From an uncultured Acidobacteriota bacterium (lineage in GTDB: Bacteria > Acidobacteriota > Vicinamibacteria > Vicinamibacterales > UBA2999): a DNA stretch of 64,000 bases. Both the position numbers and the translations under genes were made by a program. Below are positions 40,783-51,584 of this stretch, one piece after another. Location: positions 41,490-105,489 of the forward strand of contig CAVYZF010000014.1 of the NCBI GenBank assembly GCA_963772955.1, written 5' to 3'. The first letter of the stretch is position 1. Each line of letters starts with the position of its first letter. The notes under the pieces were generated by a model. The model saw only the letters and a list, made by a program, of their open reading frames with translations. It was not told the DNA's origin and searched no databases.

Positions 40783-42624
40783 GTGATTCCGCCCTTCCTC
40801 GACGCGCTCAACGAGCGAGTCCTCGTCTGCGACGGCGGGATGGGGACGATGCTCTACACGCAGGGCGTGTTCATCAACCGGTCCTTCGATTCCCTGAACC
40901 TGAGCGATCCCGCACGCGTGGTCGCGGTGCACGAGGCCTACGCGCAGTCGGGCGCTGACGTCATCGAGACCAATACGTTCGGGGCGAATCGCATCAAGCT
41001 GCGCGCATTCGGTCTGGCCGAGCGCCTCCACGAGATCAATCACGCCGGTGCTCGCCTGGCGCGCGAAGGTGCGCGAGGGACGGCCTACGTTGCCGGTGCG
41101 ATCGGACCTCTGGGTTTGCGCATCGAGCCCTGGGGCCGCATGGGGCGCGACGAGGCCGAGGAGTACTTTCGCGAACAGGCACAGGCCCTCGTCGATGGCG
41201 GCGTAGACCTCTTCATCCTCGAGACCTTTCGCGACCTGAACGAGATTGGCGCCGCGATCGCCGCCGTGCGCAGCGTGTGTGCGCTGCCGATCGTCGCCCA
41301 GATGACGATCGAGGACGATGGCAACACTCTGGATGGGACAGCGCCGGAGCAGTTTGCGCCGTCGTTGCAGGAGTCGGGTGCCAATCTGATTGGCCTCAAC
41401 TGCAGCATCGGCCCGGCGCACATGCTGGAGACGCTCGAGCGCATGACCGCGTCGACGACGGTTGGTCTGTCCGCGCAGCCCAATGCCGGCCGGCCTCGCG
41501 ACGTCGAGGGACGCACGATCTACCTGACGTCACCCGAGTACATGGCGTCCTACGCCCGGCGTTTCGCCGAGCGGCGCGTTCGTCTGGTTGGCGGATGCTG
41601 TGGCACGACACCGGATCACATCGCTCAGATCAGAGCTGCGCTGACAAAGGGCAGTGCAACGTCATCGATCACGTCTCGTAGAGGCGGGCCTTCAGACCCG
41701 CCTTGGCCTGCGCAGGGTGAGGCACCGATCAATCCATCAGAGAAGTCGGTTCTCAGCCGCGCCTTTTCCAACCGGCGATTCGTTCGCATGATCGAAGTGG
41801 TGCCGCCGCGAGGTCACGATACGAGGCCCGCGATCGACCAGGCGCTCCAGCTACGCGCTCGACGCGTCGACGCTATTCACGTGCCCGACGGTGCGAGTGG
41901 CCCGCGCCTCAGCCCGTTGTCGCTGGCTGTCCTGATTCGCCAGCAGGCGGGCATCGATGTCGTGCTGCAGTTCTCGTCGCGCGACAAGCCGTTGATCGTC
42001 TTGCAGTCCGAGCTGCTCGGCGCGCATGCGCTCGGTATCCGCAACGTGCTTCCCGTCACCGGCGATGTGCGGCCGGTGGGGGATTACTCGGACGCGACAG
42101 CGGTGCTCGACGTCGATTCGATCGGGCTCGTCAACGCCGTGTCACGTCTGAACAAGGGGCTGGATGTTGGCGGCCAGACGATCGGTGGCGCTACCGCGTT
42201 TTACATCGGTGTCACGGTCAATCCGGCGGCCGACGATCTGGATGAAGAGATGCGCCGATTCGAATGGAAGGTCGAGGCGGGTGCCGAGTACGTCATCACA
42301 AGGCCCGTGTTCGACGTCAAAGCCTTTGCGCAGATGCATCGGAGACTCGAGTCCGCAGGCCTCCCGGTAGTCCTCAGCATCCGTCCGTTCGAGAACGTGC
42401 TCGATGCGGAGTATCTGGCGAACGAAGTACCCGGTGTGCGCGTGCCGCTAGTGATGATCGAGCGCATGCGACGTGCACAGAACGTCGAGGCCGCTGCGCA
42501 GGAAGGTGTTGCGATCGCCGTCGAGTTCGTGCACGCGCTTCGCAGCATGGTTCAGGGCGTGAATGTGGTGCCACCGCTGGGCCGATTCGATCTGGGATTG
42601 GCCCTACTCGATGCGATCGCATGA
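40783..42624 (+). CDS. Bifunctional homocysteine S-methyltransferase / 5,10-methylenetetrahydrofolate reductase (YitJ-like)
   Basis: 613 aa. N-half VLVCDGGMGTMLY, GLNCSIGP, GGCCGTTPDHI (Hcy-binding). C-half MTHFR-like (FVRMIEVVPPRG ... ITRPVFD). GTG 40783. Confidence 0.85.
   Translation: MIPPFLDALNERVLVCDGGMGTMLYTQGVFINRSFDSLNLSDPARVVAVHEAYAQSGADVIETNTFGANRIKLRAFGLAERLHEINHAGARLAREGARGTAYVAGAIGPLGLRIEPWGRMGRDEAEEYFREQAQALVDGGVDLFILETFRDLNEIGAAIAAVRSVCALPIVAQMTIEDDGNTLDGTAPEQFAPSLQESGANLIGLNCSIGPAHMLETLERMTASTTVGLSAQPNAGRPRDVEGRTIYLTSPEYMASYARRFAERRVRLVGGCCGTTPDHIAQIRAALTKGSATSSITSRRGGPSDPPWPAQGEAPINPSEKSVLSRAFSNRRFVRMIEVVPPRGHDTRPAIDQALQLRARRVDAIHVPDGASGPRLSPLSLAVLIRQQAGIDVVLQFSSRDKPLIVLQSELLGAHALGIRNVLPVTGDVRPVGDYSDATAVLDVDSIGLVNAVSRLNKGLDVGGQTIGGATAFYIGVTVNPAADDLDEEMRRFEWKVEAGAEYVITRPVFDVKAFAQMHRRLESAGLPVVLSIRPFENVLDAEYLANEVPGVRVPLVMIERMRRAQNVEAAAQEGVAIAVEFVHALRSMVQGVNVVPPLGRFDLGLALLDAIA
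41673..41702 (+). other. In-frame intragenic copy of the gtctcgtagaggcg..cttcagac..cgcc hairpin element (copy 2 of 3)
   Basis: gtctcgtagaggcgggccttcagacccgcc encodes SRRGGPSDPP in the interdomain linker. 26 of 30 nt are identical to 32503-32532, with one compensatory pair. Confidence 0.6.
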
Positions 42625-42678
42625 TCGCAAGCCGTGCGGTTGCACCTTCGTTGCCTGTTCACCTCATGTAAACAGTGC

Positions 42679-42707
42679 TTGTCGGGATCGGGAAGGCCTT
42701 GTATAGT
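42679..42707 (+). promoter_or_regulatory. Candidate sigma70-type promoter with an approximately 140-nt leader
   Basis: TTGTCG (42679-42684), 17-nt spacer, TATAGT (42702-42707). ATG of the downstream methyltransferase is at 42856. Confidence 0.45.
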
Positions 42708-42855
42708 GCCGAACGGCAGTCCTCACGTGTCCTGTCGCGTGTCATGCCGGAAGTCGAGCGAGTTGAACAGGTTGCGGGCTACAGTCCAGACGGAAGTGGC
42801 CCGGGTCAAGTCAGGATTGAGGCCCCTCAGACGGGCCCACATGTGAGGAGCCACG

Positions 42856-43539
42856 ATGGCCCTGTTCGAACGCGAAGATGATCTCCGACCCGACGCTGCC
42901 TCCCGCGCCCTGTCGGTGACGGCCGTCGAGAACGACTTCGTTGAGAACGTTTACGAGAACCTCGCCAAAGTCTACGATCTGACATTCGGTCCGGCGCTTC
43001 ATCCAGGGCGCCTCGTTGCGCTTGAGGGCATGGGGCTCAAGCCCGGCGATCGCGTCCTGGAAGTCGGCATCGGCACTGGGATCAACGCGCCGCTCTATCC
43101 ACGCAACTGCCACATCACCGGCATTGACTTCTCCGCGAAGATGCTCGCGAAGGCGCACGAGCGTGTCGAGCGCAAAGGCCTTCGCAACGTCAGCCTGATG
43201 GAGATGGACGCGGCGAACCTGTCGTTCCCCGACAACTCCTTCGACGTCGTCTATGCCCCGTACGTGATCAGCGTGGTGCCCGATCCCGTTCAAGTCGTCG
43301 GCGAGATGCGACGCGTCTGCCGGCCCGGTGGCAAGATCATCGTCCTCAATCATTTCCGCAGCCCCAATCCACTGCTTGCGAAAATCGAGCGCGCGATCTC
43401 GCCGTTCACGGTGCACATCGGCTTTAAATCCGATCTCGACCTGCCTGGCTTCCTTGCGCAGGCGGCGCTGAAACCGATCTCAGTCCAGAAGGTCAGCTTC
43501 CCGCGTATCTGGTCCCTCGTTACCTTCATCAAGGACTGA
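42856..43539 (+). CDS. Class I SAM-dependent methyltransferase (PmtA/UbiE-like)
   Basis: VLEVGIGTGINAP (motif I), FDVVYAPYVISVVPD, GGKIIVLNHF. Confidence 0.75.
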   Translation: MALFEREDDLRPDAASRALSVTAVENDFVENVYENLAKVYDLTFGPALHPGRLVALEGMGLKPGDRVLEVGIGTGINAPLYPRNCHITGIDFSAKMLAKAHERVERKGLRNVSLMEMDAANLSFPDNSFDVVYAPYVISVVPDPVQVVGEMRRVCRPGGKIIVLNHFRSPNPLLAKIERAISPFTVHIGFKSDLDLPGFLAQAALKPISVQKVSFPRIWSLVTFIKD

Positions 43540-43888
43540 CAGTCCACGCCGAGCGGTTCGCGTCGATTTCTCTGGCTTCTCGATTGCAACGCTATTTGGG
43601 TGTTGTTTACACCCATAACATCCTTAACGTCCTTAACACCTCAAGGCGTTCGTTCGAAGGCTCGTACGATCCTCGGCTGGACACCCGGCTTGCGAAATCT
43701 CGTGTCTGGCGGTGTATTACCGTGCGGATGTCTCGTCGGCAGCTACGAGACGTGGGCGCGCGGTGTGATCACGATAGTGGACGAACGAGGCAGGGGTTGT
43801 CGCGACGATCGTCATCAGGCGAACGCAATCCTCTGATTCGAGGTCGACGACTTCAAGACTTCCTGAGCTACCCCGGCCTTCGTCTGAT

Positions 43889-45058
43889 CTAGATCTTTGC
43901 CTTCGGGCGTCCCCGCGGCTTCTTTGGCGGCTTGTCGAGCGCCTTGAGAAGGATGTCGGCAGCCACTTCGGCGCCGTTGGTCTCCGGCTTCTTCTTGGGC
44001 TTCGGCTGCGCGAGCAGCTTGTCCAATGCGCCTTCCCACTTTCCCGCCATCAGGTCGTCGTGCCCGATGAGCGCCGAGCGCAGATGTTTCGGCATCTCCT
44101 CGACGATCACGTCGTACTCGGGGAAGTGTCCGCGCGGTGTATAGAGCACGGCGGAATCGTTGGCGATGCACTCGGAGATGATGCCGTAGCCCGGCTTGGT
44201 GACCACGGCTTCGGCGGCGCCGACGAGATCTTCGTAGCGGACGCCGATGTTGTACATCGCCTCTTCGTTGATCGTGACGAGCGAACCCTTTCGTTCGGCA
44301 GCCGGAGTGTCCTTCTTGACACGGGCGGCCGGCGCCATCGCCGTCATGACGACCGTGTACTTCCGGAACTTCGCGACCACATCCGTGTCGATTCCTGACA
44401 GCCCGAAGCCGCCGAAGGAGGACAGCACGATCGGTTTGTCCGCAGGGATCTTGAGCAGCTTGCAGACCTCTTCGCGGGATCGGCTCGCGTGACGTGCGAC
44501 GAACGGAATGTCCCGGACATTGGAGAAGCTCTCGAACCCGCCCGACATCGGCAGCCGGAGCGCCATCGATGCTTTGGCATACGCGCCACGAATCGCCGGC
44601 AGCAGCGAGGGCGCAAGCCGCACGCGCGGATAGTCCGCGTAGATCCAGTCCCAGGTGAAGTTGCCGAGCCCGATCGATGGGATGCCCGCTGATGCGCCGA
44701 CGGCGAACGCGAGCGGCGGGATATCGCCGACGATCAGCCCCGCACCGAGCTCGCGCAGCGAACGCGTTTCGCTCGCCGCCCTCGTGACGAGGTCGCTGTG
44801 AAACGCCCCGGCTCGCCTGATGCTGTCCGCTTCGTCCAGCGTCACCGCATCCGCCTGCACGACGCCAGTGTCACATTCGAGCGTGCTGTACGTGACTTTT
44901 CCTTTGACGGTCAGGTCGAACAGCCAGCGCGGAGCAGACGTGCGCACGCCCACTCGCGTTTCGGGACGCATGGCAAGAATCGCGTTGATGACCTCGATGG
45001 AGCGTGAGGCGTGACCAAACCCGTGACCTGAGATGTAGAAGACGATCGCTTGTGCCAA
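43889..45058 (-). CDS. Putative GT-B glycosyltransferase (MJ1255/Glyco_trans_1_3-like) with Lys-rich, AT-hook-like C-terminal tail
   Basis: N-terminus IVFYISGHGFGHASRS (GxGxGHxxRS pattern). Tail KPKKKPETNG...KPPKKPRGRPKAKI. TTG start 45058. Confidence 0.6.
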   Translation of the reverse strand: MAQAIVFYISGHGFGHASRSIEVINAILAMRPETRVGVRTSAPRWLFDLTVKGKVTYSTLECDTGVVQADAVTLDEADSIRRAGAFHSDLVTRAASETRSLRELGAGLIVGDIPPLAFAVGASAGIPSIGLGNFTWDWIYADYPRVRLAPSLLPAIRGAYAKASMALRLPMSGGFESFSNVRDIPFVARHASRSREEVCKLLKIPADKPIVLSSFGGFGLSGIDTDVVAKFRKYTVVMTAMAPAARVKKDTPAAERKGSLVTINEEAMYNIGVRYEDLVGAAEAVVTKPGYGIISECIANDSAVLYTPRGHFPEYDVIVEEMPKHLRSALIGHDDLMAGKWEGALDKLLAQPKPKKKPETNGAEVAADILLKALDKPPKKPRGRPKAKI

Positions 45059-45078
45059 AGACTGGCCTACCTCGCTCG

Positions 45079-45100
45079 GGCGGGTTGGAGGCCCGCCTTC
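45079..45100 (-). terminator. Reverse-orientation copy of the hairpin element downstream of lon (copy 3 of 3)
   Basis: The minus strand reads gaaggcgggcctccaacccgcc: 6-bp GC stem (45079-45084 / 45092-45097), no U-run. Confidence 0.4.
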
Positions 45101-45124
45101 GCTGTGAGGGTCAGAAGACCCGCT

Positions 45125-47513
<2,389 letters not shown>

Positions 47514-47515
47514 CG

Positions 47516-47601
47516 TGGGCTTAGGGCTCTTCGCGTCAGGGCTCGTGGCTCTCGGCAGCCCATAAGTCCTCAGCCAAAGACCGGAGCGCAGGGCCGAGAA
47601 C
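47516..47601. repeat. Degenerate GGCTCTN-family inverted repeat in the lon / zinc-ribbon divergent region
   Basis: gggcttagggctcttcgcgtcagggctcgtggctctcggcagccc ... agccaaagaccggagcgcagggccgagaacg. Confidence 0.5.
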
Positions 47602-47604
47602 GTC

Positions 47605-47946
47605 TTGTCCAGTCTATCAGTGTGGTACGCTTCGCGCGTGGACGAACGTCAGTTTTTCACCGAGAAGCCCGAGCAGCGACCGGCCAAGTTTCAGTGTCCG
47701 CGCTGCCGTCGTACCAACGACTATTCGATCAAGTGGCTGCGCCGTACGAAGAAAGCGCAGATCCCGTCGGGCGCCAACGAACACGACCGTGTCCTGTTCG
47801 GTAAATCGAAGGACCACCTGATCCGCGTGGATGACGACCTCGTCTGTAAGACGTGCGGAAAACGCTTCGAGATCCCGTCCCATCGGGCACTCGTTTTCTT
47901 GGAAGAACTCGAAGGTCTGCCTCAGGACGTCGACGACGAGGAGTAG
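47605..47946 (+). CDS. Small zinc-ribbon protein, function unknown
   Basis: CPRC ... CKTC pairs, acidic tail DVDDEE. Start is TTG 47605 or GTG 47620. Confidence 0.5.
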   Translation: MSSLSVWYASRVDERQFFTEKPEQRPAKFQCPRCRRTNDYSIKWLRRTKKAQIPSGANEHDRVLFGKSKDHLIRVDDDLVCKTCGKRFEIPSHRALVFLEELEGLPQDVDDEE

Positions 47947-47953
47947 GGGCATC

Positions 47954-50470
47954 ATGGGACTGTTGAGTGTCCGGCGTGGGTGCGTCGCGTGGCTGCTGCT
48001 TTTCATCGCGGGCACAGTGCCGTCGGCTCAAACTCCGGCTCAAAGGCAGGCGGCACCAACGGCCAGCCCGGCTGCGCGTGCCCTGAACGCGGGCCAGTAC
48101 GACGAGGTCGAGCGTCTTCTCAAGGCGTCCACTGACCCGACATCGATCGCACTGAGGGCCCGTGCGCAGATCGCGCAGGGCCGTTACCAGGACGCACGGA
48201 CACAGTTGACGCCCGTCGCGTCCGCACAGCCCGATAGCGATGCCGCGCTCGAGCTCGGACTGCTCGAACTCTACCTGGGGCAGCGGACTGACGGGATTCG
48301 GCGTCTGCGCCTGCTGGCCGGTCGACTCGCGCCGCGGACGGCGCGCGACTATTTCCGCCTCGCACGCACGGCGAGCGCGCTCGCCAATTTCGAGGATGCG
48401 CAGGCGTTCAAGGAGGCCAACGGCTTCTTCCGCGACGCCAACAGGCTGGCGCCAGACGATGCCGACATCAATGCGGCATGGGGCGAGCTGTTCCTTGACA
48501 AGCACAACCCCGCCGATGCGATGAAGTCGTTCCAGGAGGCACTCAAGGTCGACGGGAACCACGTCGATGCGCTCATCGGTGCCGCTGAGGTCAACGCGGG
48601 GTTGAACCCTCCGGCCGCTCGCGCCGCGCTCGAGCGGGCGCTCAAGGTCAACCCGAATTCGGTCGCCGCGCATCTGCTTCGCGCCGAGCTCGCGCTCGAC
48701 GACCGCGAGCGTGATGCAGCGCGCGAGAGCATCACGAAGGCGCTGTCGGTGAACCCCAACAGCCTGGAGGCCCGGTCGCTCGACGCGGCGATCGCGCGTC
48801 TCGAGGACAAGCCCGCGGAATTCGATCGCCTCGTGCAGGACATCCTGAAGATCAACTCGAACTACGGCGAGGTCTACCGCGTGGCCGGCGATCACCTCGC
48901 GCGCAACTACCGCTTCGACGAGGCGGTCGAGCTCGTGCGGCGCTCGCTGACACTGGACTCCGACAACACCCGAGCCTATTCAGATCTCGGCACGCACCTG
49001 CTGCGGACCGGCGACGAGAAGGGCGCACGCGTGGCGCTGGAGCGCGCGTTCAAGAGTGACTCGTTCGATCAGACCACCTTCAACCAGCTCGACCTGCTCG
49101 ACACGATCGACAAGTTCGTGACGATCACCGACGGCGACATCATCATGCGACTCGACCCCGCCGAGGCGGGCGTGATGCGCGAGTACGCGATGCCGCTCGC
49201 GAAGCAGGCGCTCGCCACGCTGCAGAAGCAGTACGAGTTCAAGGTCACGGGCCCGATCCTGATCGAGATGTTCCCCAAGCACGATCAGTTCGCTGTCCGC
49301 ACGATCGGCTTGCCTGGCTTCATCGGTGCACTCGGCGCCTGTTTCGGCCGCGTGGTCACGCTCGATTCGCCGAACGCGCGCGATCCTGGCGAGTTCCATT
49401 GGGGCGAGACGCTGTGGCACGAGATCGCTCACGTCATCACGCTGCAGATGTCGAAGAATCGCCTCCCCCGGTGGCTCAGCGAGGGCCTCTCGGTGTACGA
49501 GGAGCGCCGCGCGCGCCCCGAATGGGGGCGCGAGATGGATCTGACGTTCGCGCAGGCGATCAACGAGGACAAGATCCTCAAGCTGAAAGTGCTCAACGAA
49601 GGATTCAGCGATCCGCGTCAGATTTCCCTCTCCTACTACCAGGCCTCGCTCGTCGTCGATCACATCGTCGACACGTACGGTGAGCCAAAGCTTCGCGATC
49701 TGATTCGTTCCTACGGCGATGGGCTCGAGACTGAGGATGCGGTGAAGGAAGCGCTCGGAGTGAGCCTCGATCAGCTGCAGACCGGATTCGACGCGCGCCT
49801 CGAAAAGCAGTACGCCGGACTGCGGAAGGCGCTGCAGACGCCGAAGTTCGACGGCAAGCCGACGGTCGACGACTTGAAGAAGATGGCCGAGAGCAATCCC
49901 GAGAGCTTCGCGGTGCAGATGCAGCTCGCCGTCGCGTTGCATCAGGCGAAGGATCCCAAGGGAGCGATTCAGGCGCTGGAGCGAGCGTCCAGGCTGGCGC
50001 CCACCGCGAACGGCGACAACAATCCGAACAAGATGATCGCCGCCATCGCTGCGGAATCGAAGGACGCGCCGAGGCAGATCCAGGCGCTCGACGATCTGCT
50101 CAAGGTCGATAGCGCTGACGTCGAGTCCGCGCGCCAGCTGGCAACACTGCTCGCACCCTTGAAGGACGATCGACGCAGCGAGGAGGCGTACCGGCGAGTC
50201 ATCGGCATCGATCCCTTCGATCGTGACGCGCAGGCCGCATACGGTCGGCTCGCGCTGAAGCGGAAAGACAACGAGGCCGCGCAGCGCGCCTTCCGTGCCG
50301 CGCTCGCCGGCAATCCGCCCGATCGCGCCACGGCGCACGTCGATCTCGCCGAGGCGTATGCCGCGGCGGGGCGTGCTGCTGACGCCAAGAGGGAAGTCCT
50401 CGCCGCGCTCGAGATTGCGCCCTCATTCGAACGCGCGCAGGACCTTCTGCTGAAAGTCGTCCAGCCCTAG
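47954..50470 (+). CDS. Secreted TPR-repeat protein with embedded gluzincin-like HExxH peptidase domain
   Basis: ATG 47954 (MGLLSVRRGCVAWLLLFIAG signal). TPR-like repeats at both ends. Central GETLWHEIAHVITLQMSKNRLPRWLSEGLSVYEE. Confidence 0.7.
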   Translation: MGLLSVRRGCVAWLLLFIAGTVPSAQTPAQRQAAPTASPAARALNAGQYDEVERLLKASTDPTSIALRARAQIAQGRYQDARTQLTPVASAQPDSDAALELGLLELYLGQRTDGIRRLRLLAGRLAPRTARDYFRLARTASALANFEDAQAFKEANGFFRDANRLAPDDADINAAWGELFLDKHNPADAMKSFQEALKVDGNHVDALIGAAEVNAGLNPPAARAALERALKVNPNSVAAHLLRAELALDDRERDAARESITKALSVNPNSLEARSLDAAIARLEDKPAEFDRLVQDILKINSNYGEVYRVAGDHLARNYRFDEAVELVRRSLTLDSDNTRAYSDLGTHLLRTGDEKGARVALERAFKSDSFDQTTFNQLDLLDTIDKFVTITDGDIIMRLDPAEAGVMREYAMPLAKQALATLQKQYEFKVTGPILIEMFPKHDQFAVRTIGLPGFIGALGACFGRVVTLDSPNARDPGEFHWGETLWHEIAHVITLQMSKNRLPRWLSEGLSVYEERRARPEWGREMDLTFAQAINEDKILKLKVLNEGFSDPRQISLSYYQASLVVDHIVDTYGEPKLRDLIRSYGDGLETEDAVKEALGVSLDQLQTGFDARLEKQYAGLRKALQTPKFDGKPTVDDLKKMAESNPESFAVQMQLAVALHQAKDPKGAIQALERASRLAPTANGDNNPNKMIAAIAAESKDAPRQIQALDDLLKVDSADVESARQLATLLAPLKDDRRSEEAYRRVIGIDPFDRDAQAAYGRLALKRKDNEAAQRAFRAALAGNPPDRATAHVDLAEAYAAAGRAADAKREVLAALEIAPSFERAQDLLLKVVQP

Positions 50471-51147
50471 TTTCGATCCAGCTCGTTCCAATACTCGACG
50501 GTCTGGCGCTGTCGTCGCCTGAACGCGAACACGCCGATGATCCCCGCCGCAAACCCGGCGATGTGCGCCCAAAACGCCACGCCACCTGCCGGCTCGCCCT
50601 GGGTGGCTGAGGCAATCGAGCCGATGCCGCTCACGAACTGCATCACGAACCAGATACCGAGGAAGAAGATCGCGGGCACCTCGATGATCTGAATGAAGAT
50701 GAACAGTGGCAGCAGCGTGACGATGCGCGAGTGCGGGTAGAGGACGAAGTAGGCGCCCATGACGCCGGCGACCGCGCCGCTCGCGCCGACCATCGGGACC
50801 GCTGAGTCGGGCGCGGTGAACGTTTGTCCGAGGGCCGCGGCGACGCCGCAGAGCAGATAGAACGCGATGAAGCGTCCGTGGCCCATCTGGTCCTCGACGT
50901 TGTCCCCGAAGATCCAGAGATAGAGCATGTTGCCCGCCACGTGCAGGAAGCCGCCGTGGAGGAACATCGACGTGAACACACTGATCCACGAGAAGTACGC
51001 CGGGACCAGGCCGAACGTGAGCACGAACTGGTTGACGGCCGGCCCGAGGGAGAACTGATACAGAAAGATCACCACGTTGAGCGTGACGAGAGCGATCGTC
51101 ACGTACGGCGTCGTGCGCGAAGGGATGACGTCGCGGAGGGGAATCAC
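50467..51147 (-). CDS. Rhomboid family intramembrane serine protease
   Basis: FLHGGFLHVAGNMLYLWIFG, VGASGAVAGVMGAY. GTG start 51147. Its stop overlaps the convergent gene stop (CTAG). Confidence 0.85.
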   Translation of the reverse strand: MIPLRDVIPSRTTPYVTIALVTLNVVIFLYQFSLGPAVNQFVLTFGLVPAYFSWISVFTSMFLHGGFLHVAGNMLYLWIFGDNVEDQMGHGRFIAFYLLCGVAAALGQTFTAPDSAVPMVGASGAVAGVMGAYFVLYPHSRIVTLLPLFIFIQIIEVPAIFFLGIWFVMQFVSGIGSIASATQGEPAGGVAFWAHIAGFAAGIIGVFAFRRRQRQTVEYWNELDRN

Positions 51148-51152
51148 GGGCT

Positions 51153-51272
51153 GTCGACTCTGGGCTCTCGGCTCTAGGCTTTGGCCTGTGCCTGCAGGTA
51201 CATTACCAGTTGCCAGCGAACAACGAACATCGAACCCAGCCCAGAGCCTAAAGCCGAGAGCCCAGAGCCGAC
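51153..51272. repeat. GGCTCTN-family inverted repeat with GTCGAC-type termini abutting both divergent start codons
   Basis: Left arm is gtcgactctgggctctcggctctaggctttggcc (51153-51186). Right arm is agcccagagcctaaagccgagagcccagagccgac (51238-51272). About 30 of 34 positions are complementary. Confidence 0.85.
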
Positions 51273-51584
51273 ATGAAGTGCAAGCATTGCGACACTGAAA
51301 TCGCCGACAAAGCGCTCATCTGCTATCGCTGTGGTAAGTCGACGACCGAGCCGCGCATCCAGCCACCCGCTGTCGGATCGCTCTTCGAGCATCGGCGCCG
51401 GTCGCGCCTGCCGGTCATCGTTGTCGCGGTTCTCGTCATCCTTGCGCTGTTGGCCGCGTGGTACTTCCTGGTTCGATCCTCTCGCGTGGGCCACTTGAGG
51501 TTCAACGCGCCGGCTGTGGCGGCTTCTATAATTGAAGGAGGAACTGGTCCTGAGCAGGTGGACATGTCGTGGATGATGCTCTGA
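51273..51584 (+). CDS. Zinc-ribbon membrane protein, function unknown
   Basis: MKCKHCDTEIADKALICYRCG followed by one TM (LPVIVVAVLVILALLAAWYFLV). Confidence 0.5.
   Translation: MKCKHCDTEIADKALICYRCGKSTTEPRIQPPAVGSLFEHRRRSRLPVIVVAVLVILALLAAWYFLVRSSRVGHLRFNAPAVAASIIEGGTGPEQVDMSWMML

Noticed and set aside
42714-42855. SRP (4.5S) RNA or SAM/SAH riboswitch in the methyltransferase leader (two GGAA loops, CCGGAAG).
   Set aside because: The helices closing the GGAA loops do not pair like SRP domain IV, and I could not find SAM/SAH riboswitch core sequences. It is kept only as an unexplained leader.
50467-50470. Convergent genes sharing the stop tetranucleotide CTAG (TPR-peptidase and rhomboid).
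   Set aside because: This is a real 4-bp overlap, but it is a common compaction feature and has no further signal.
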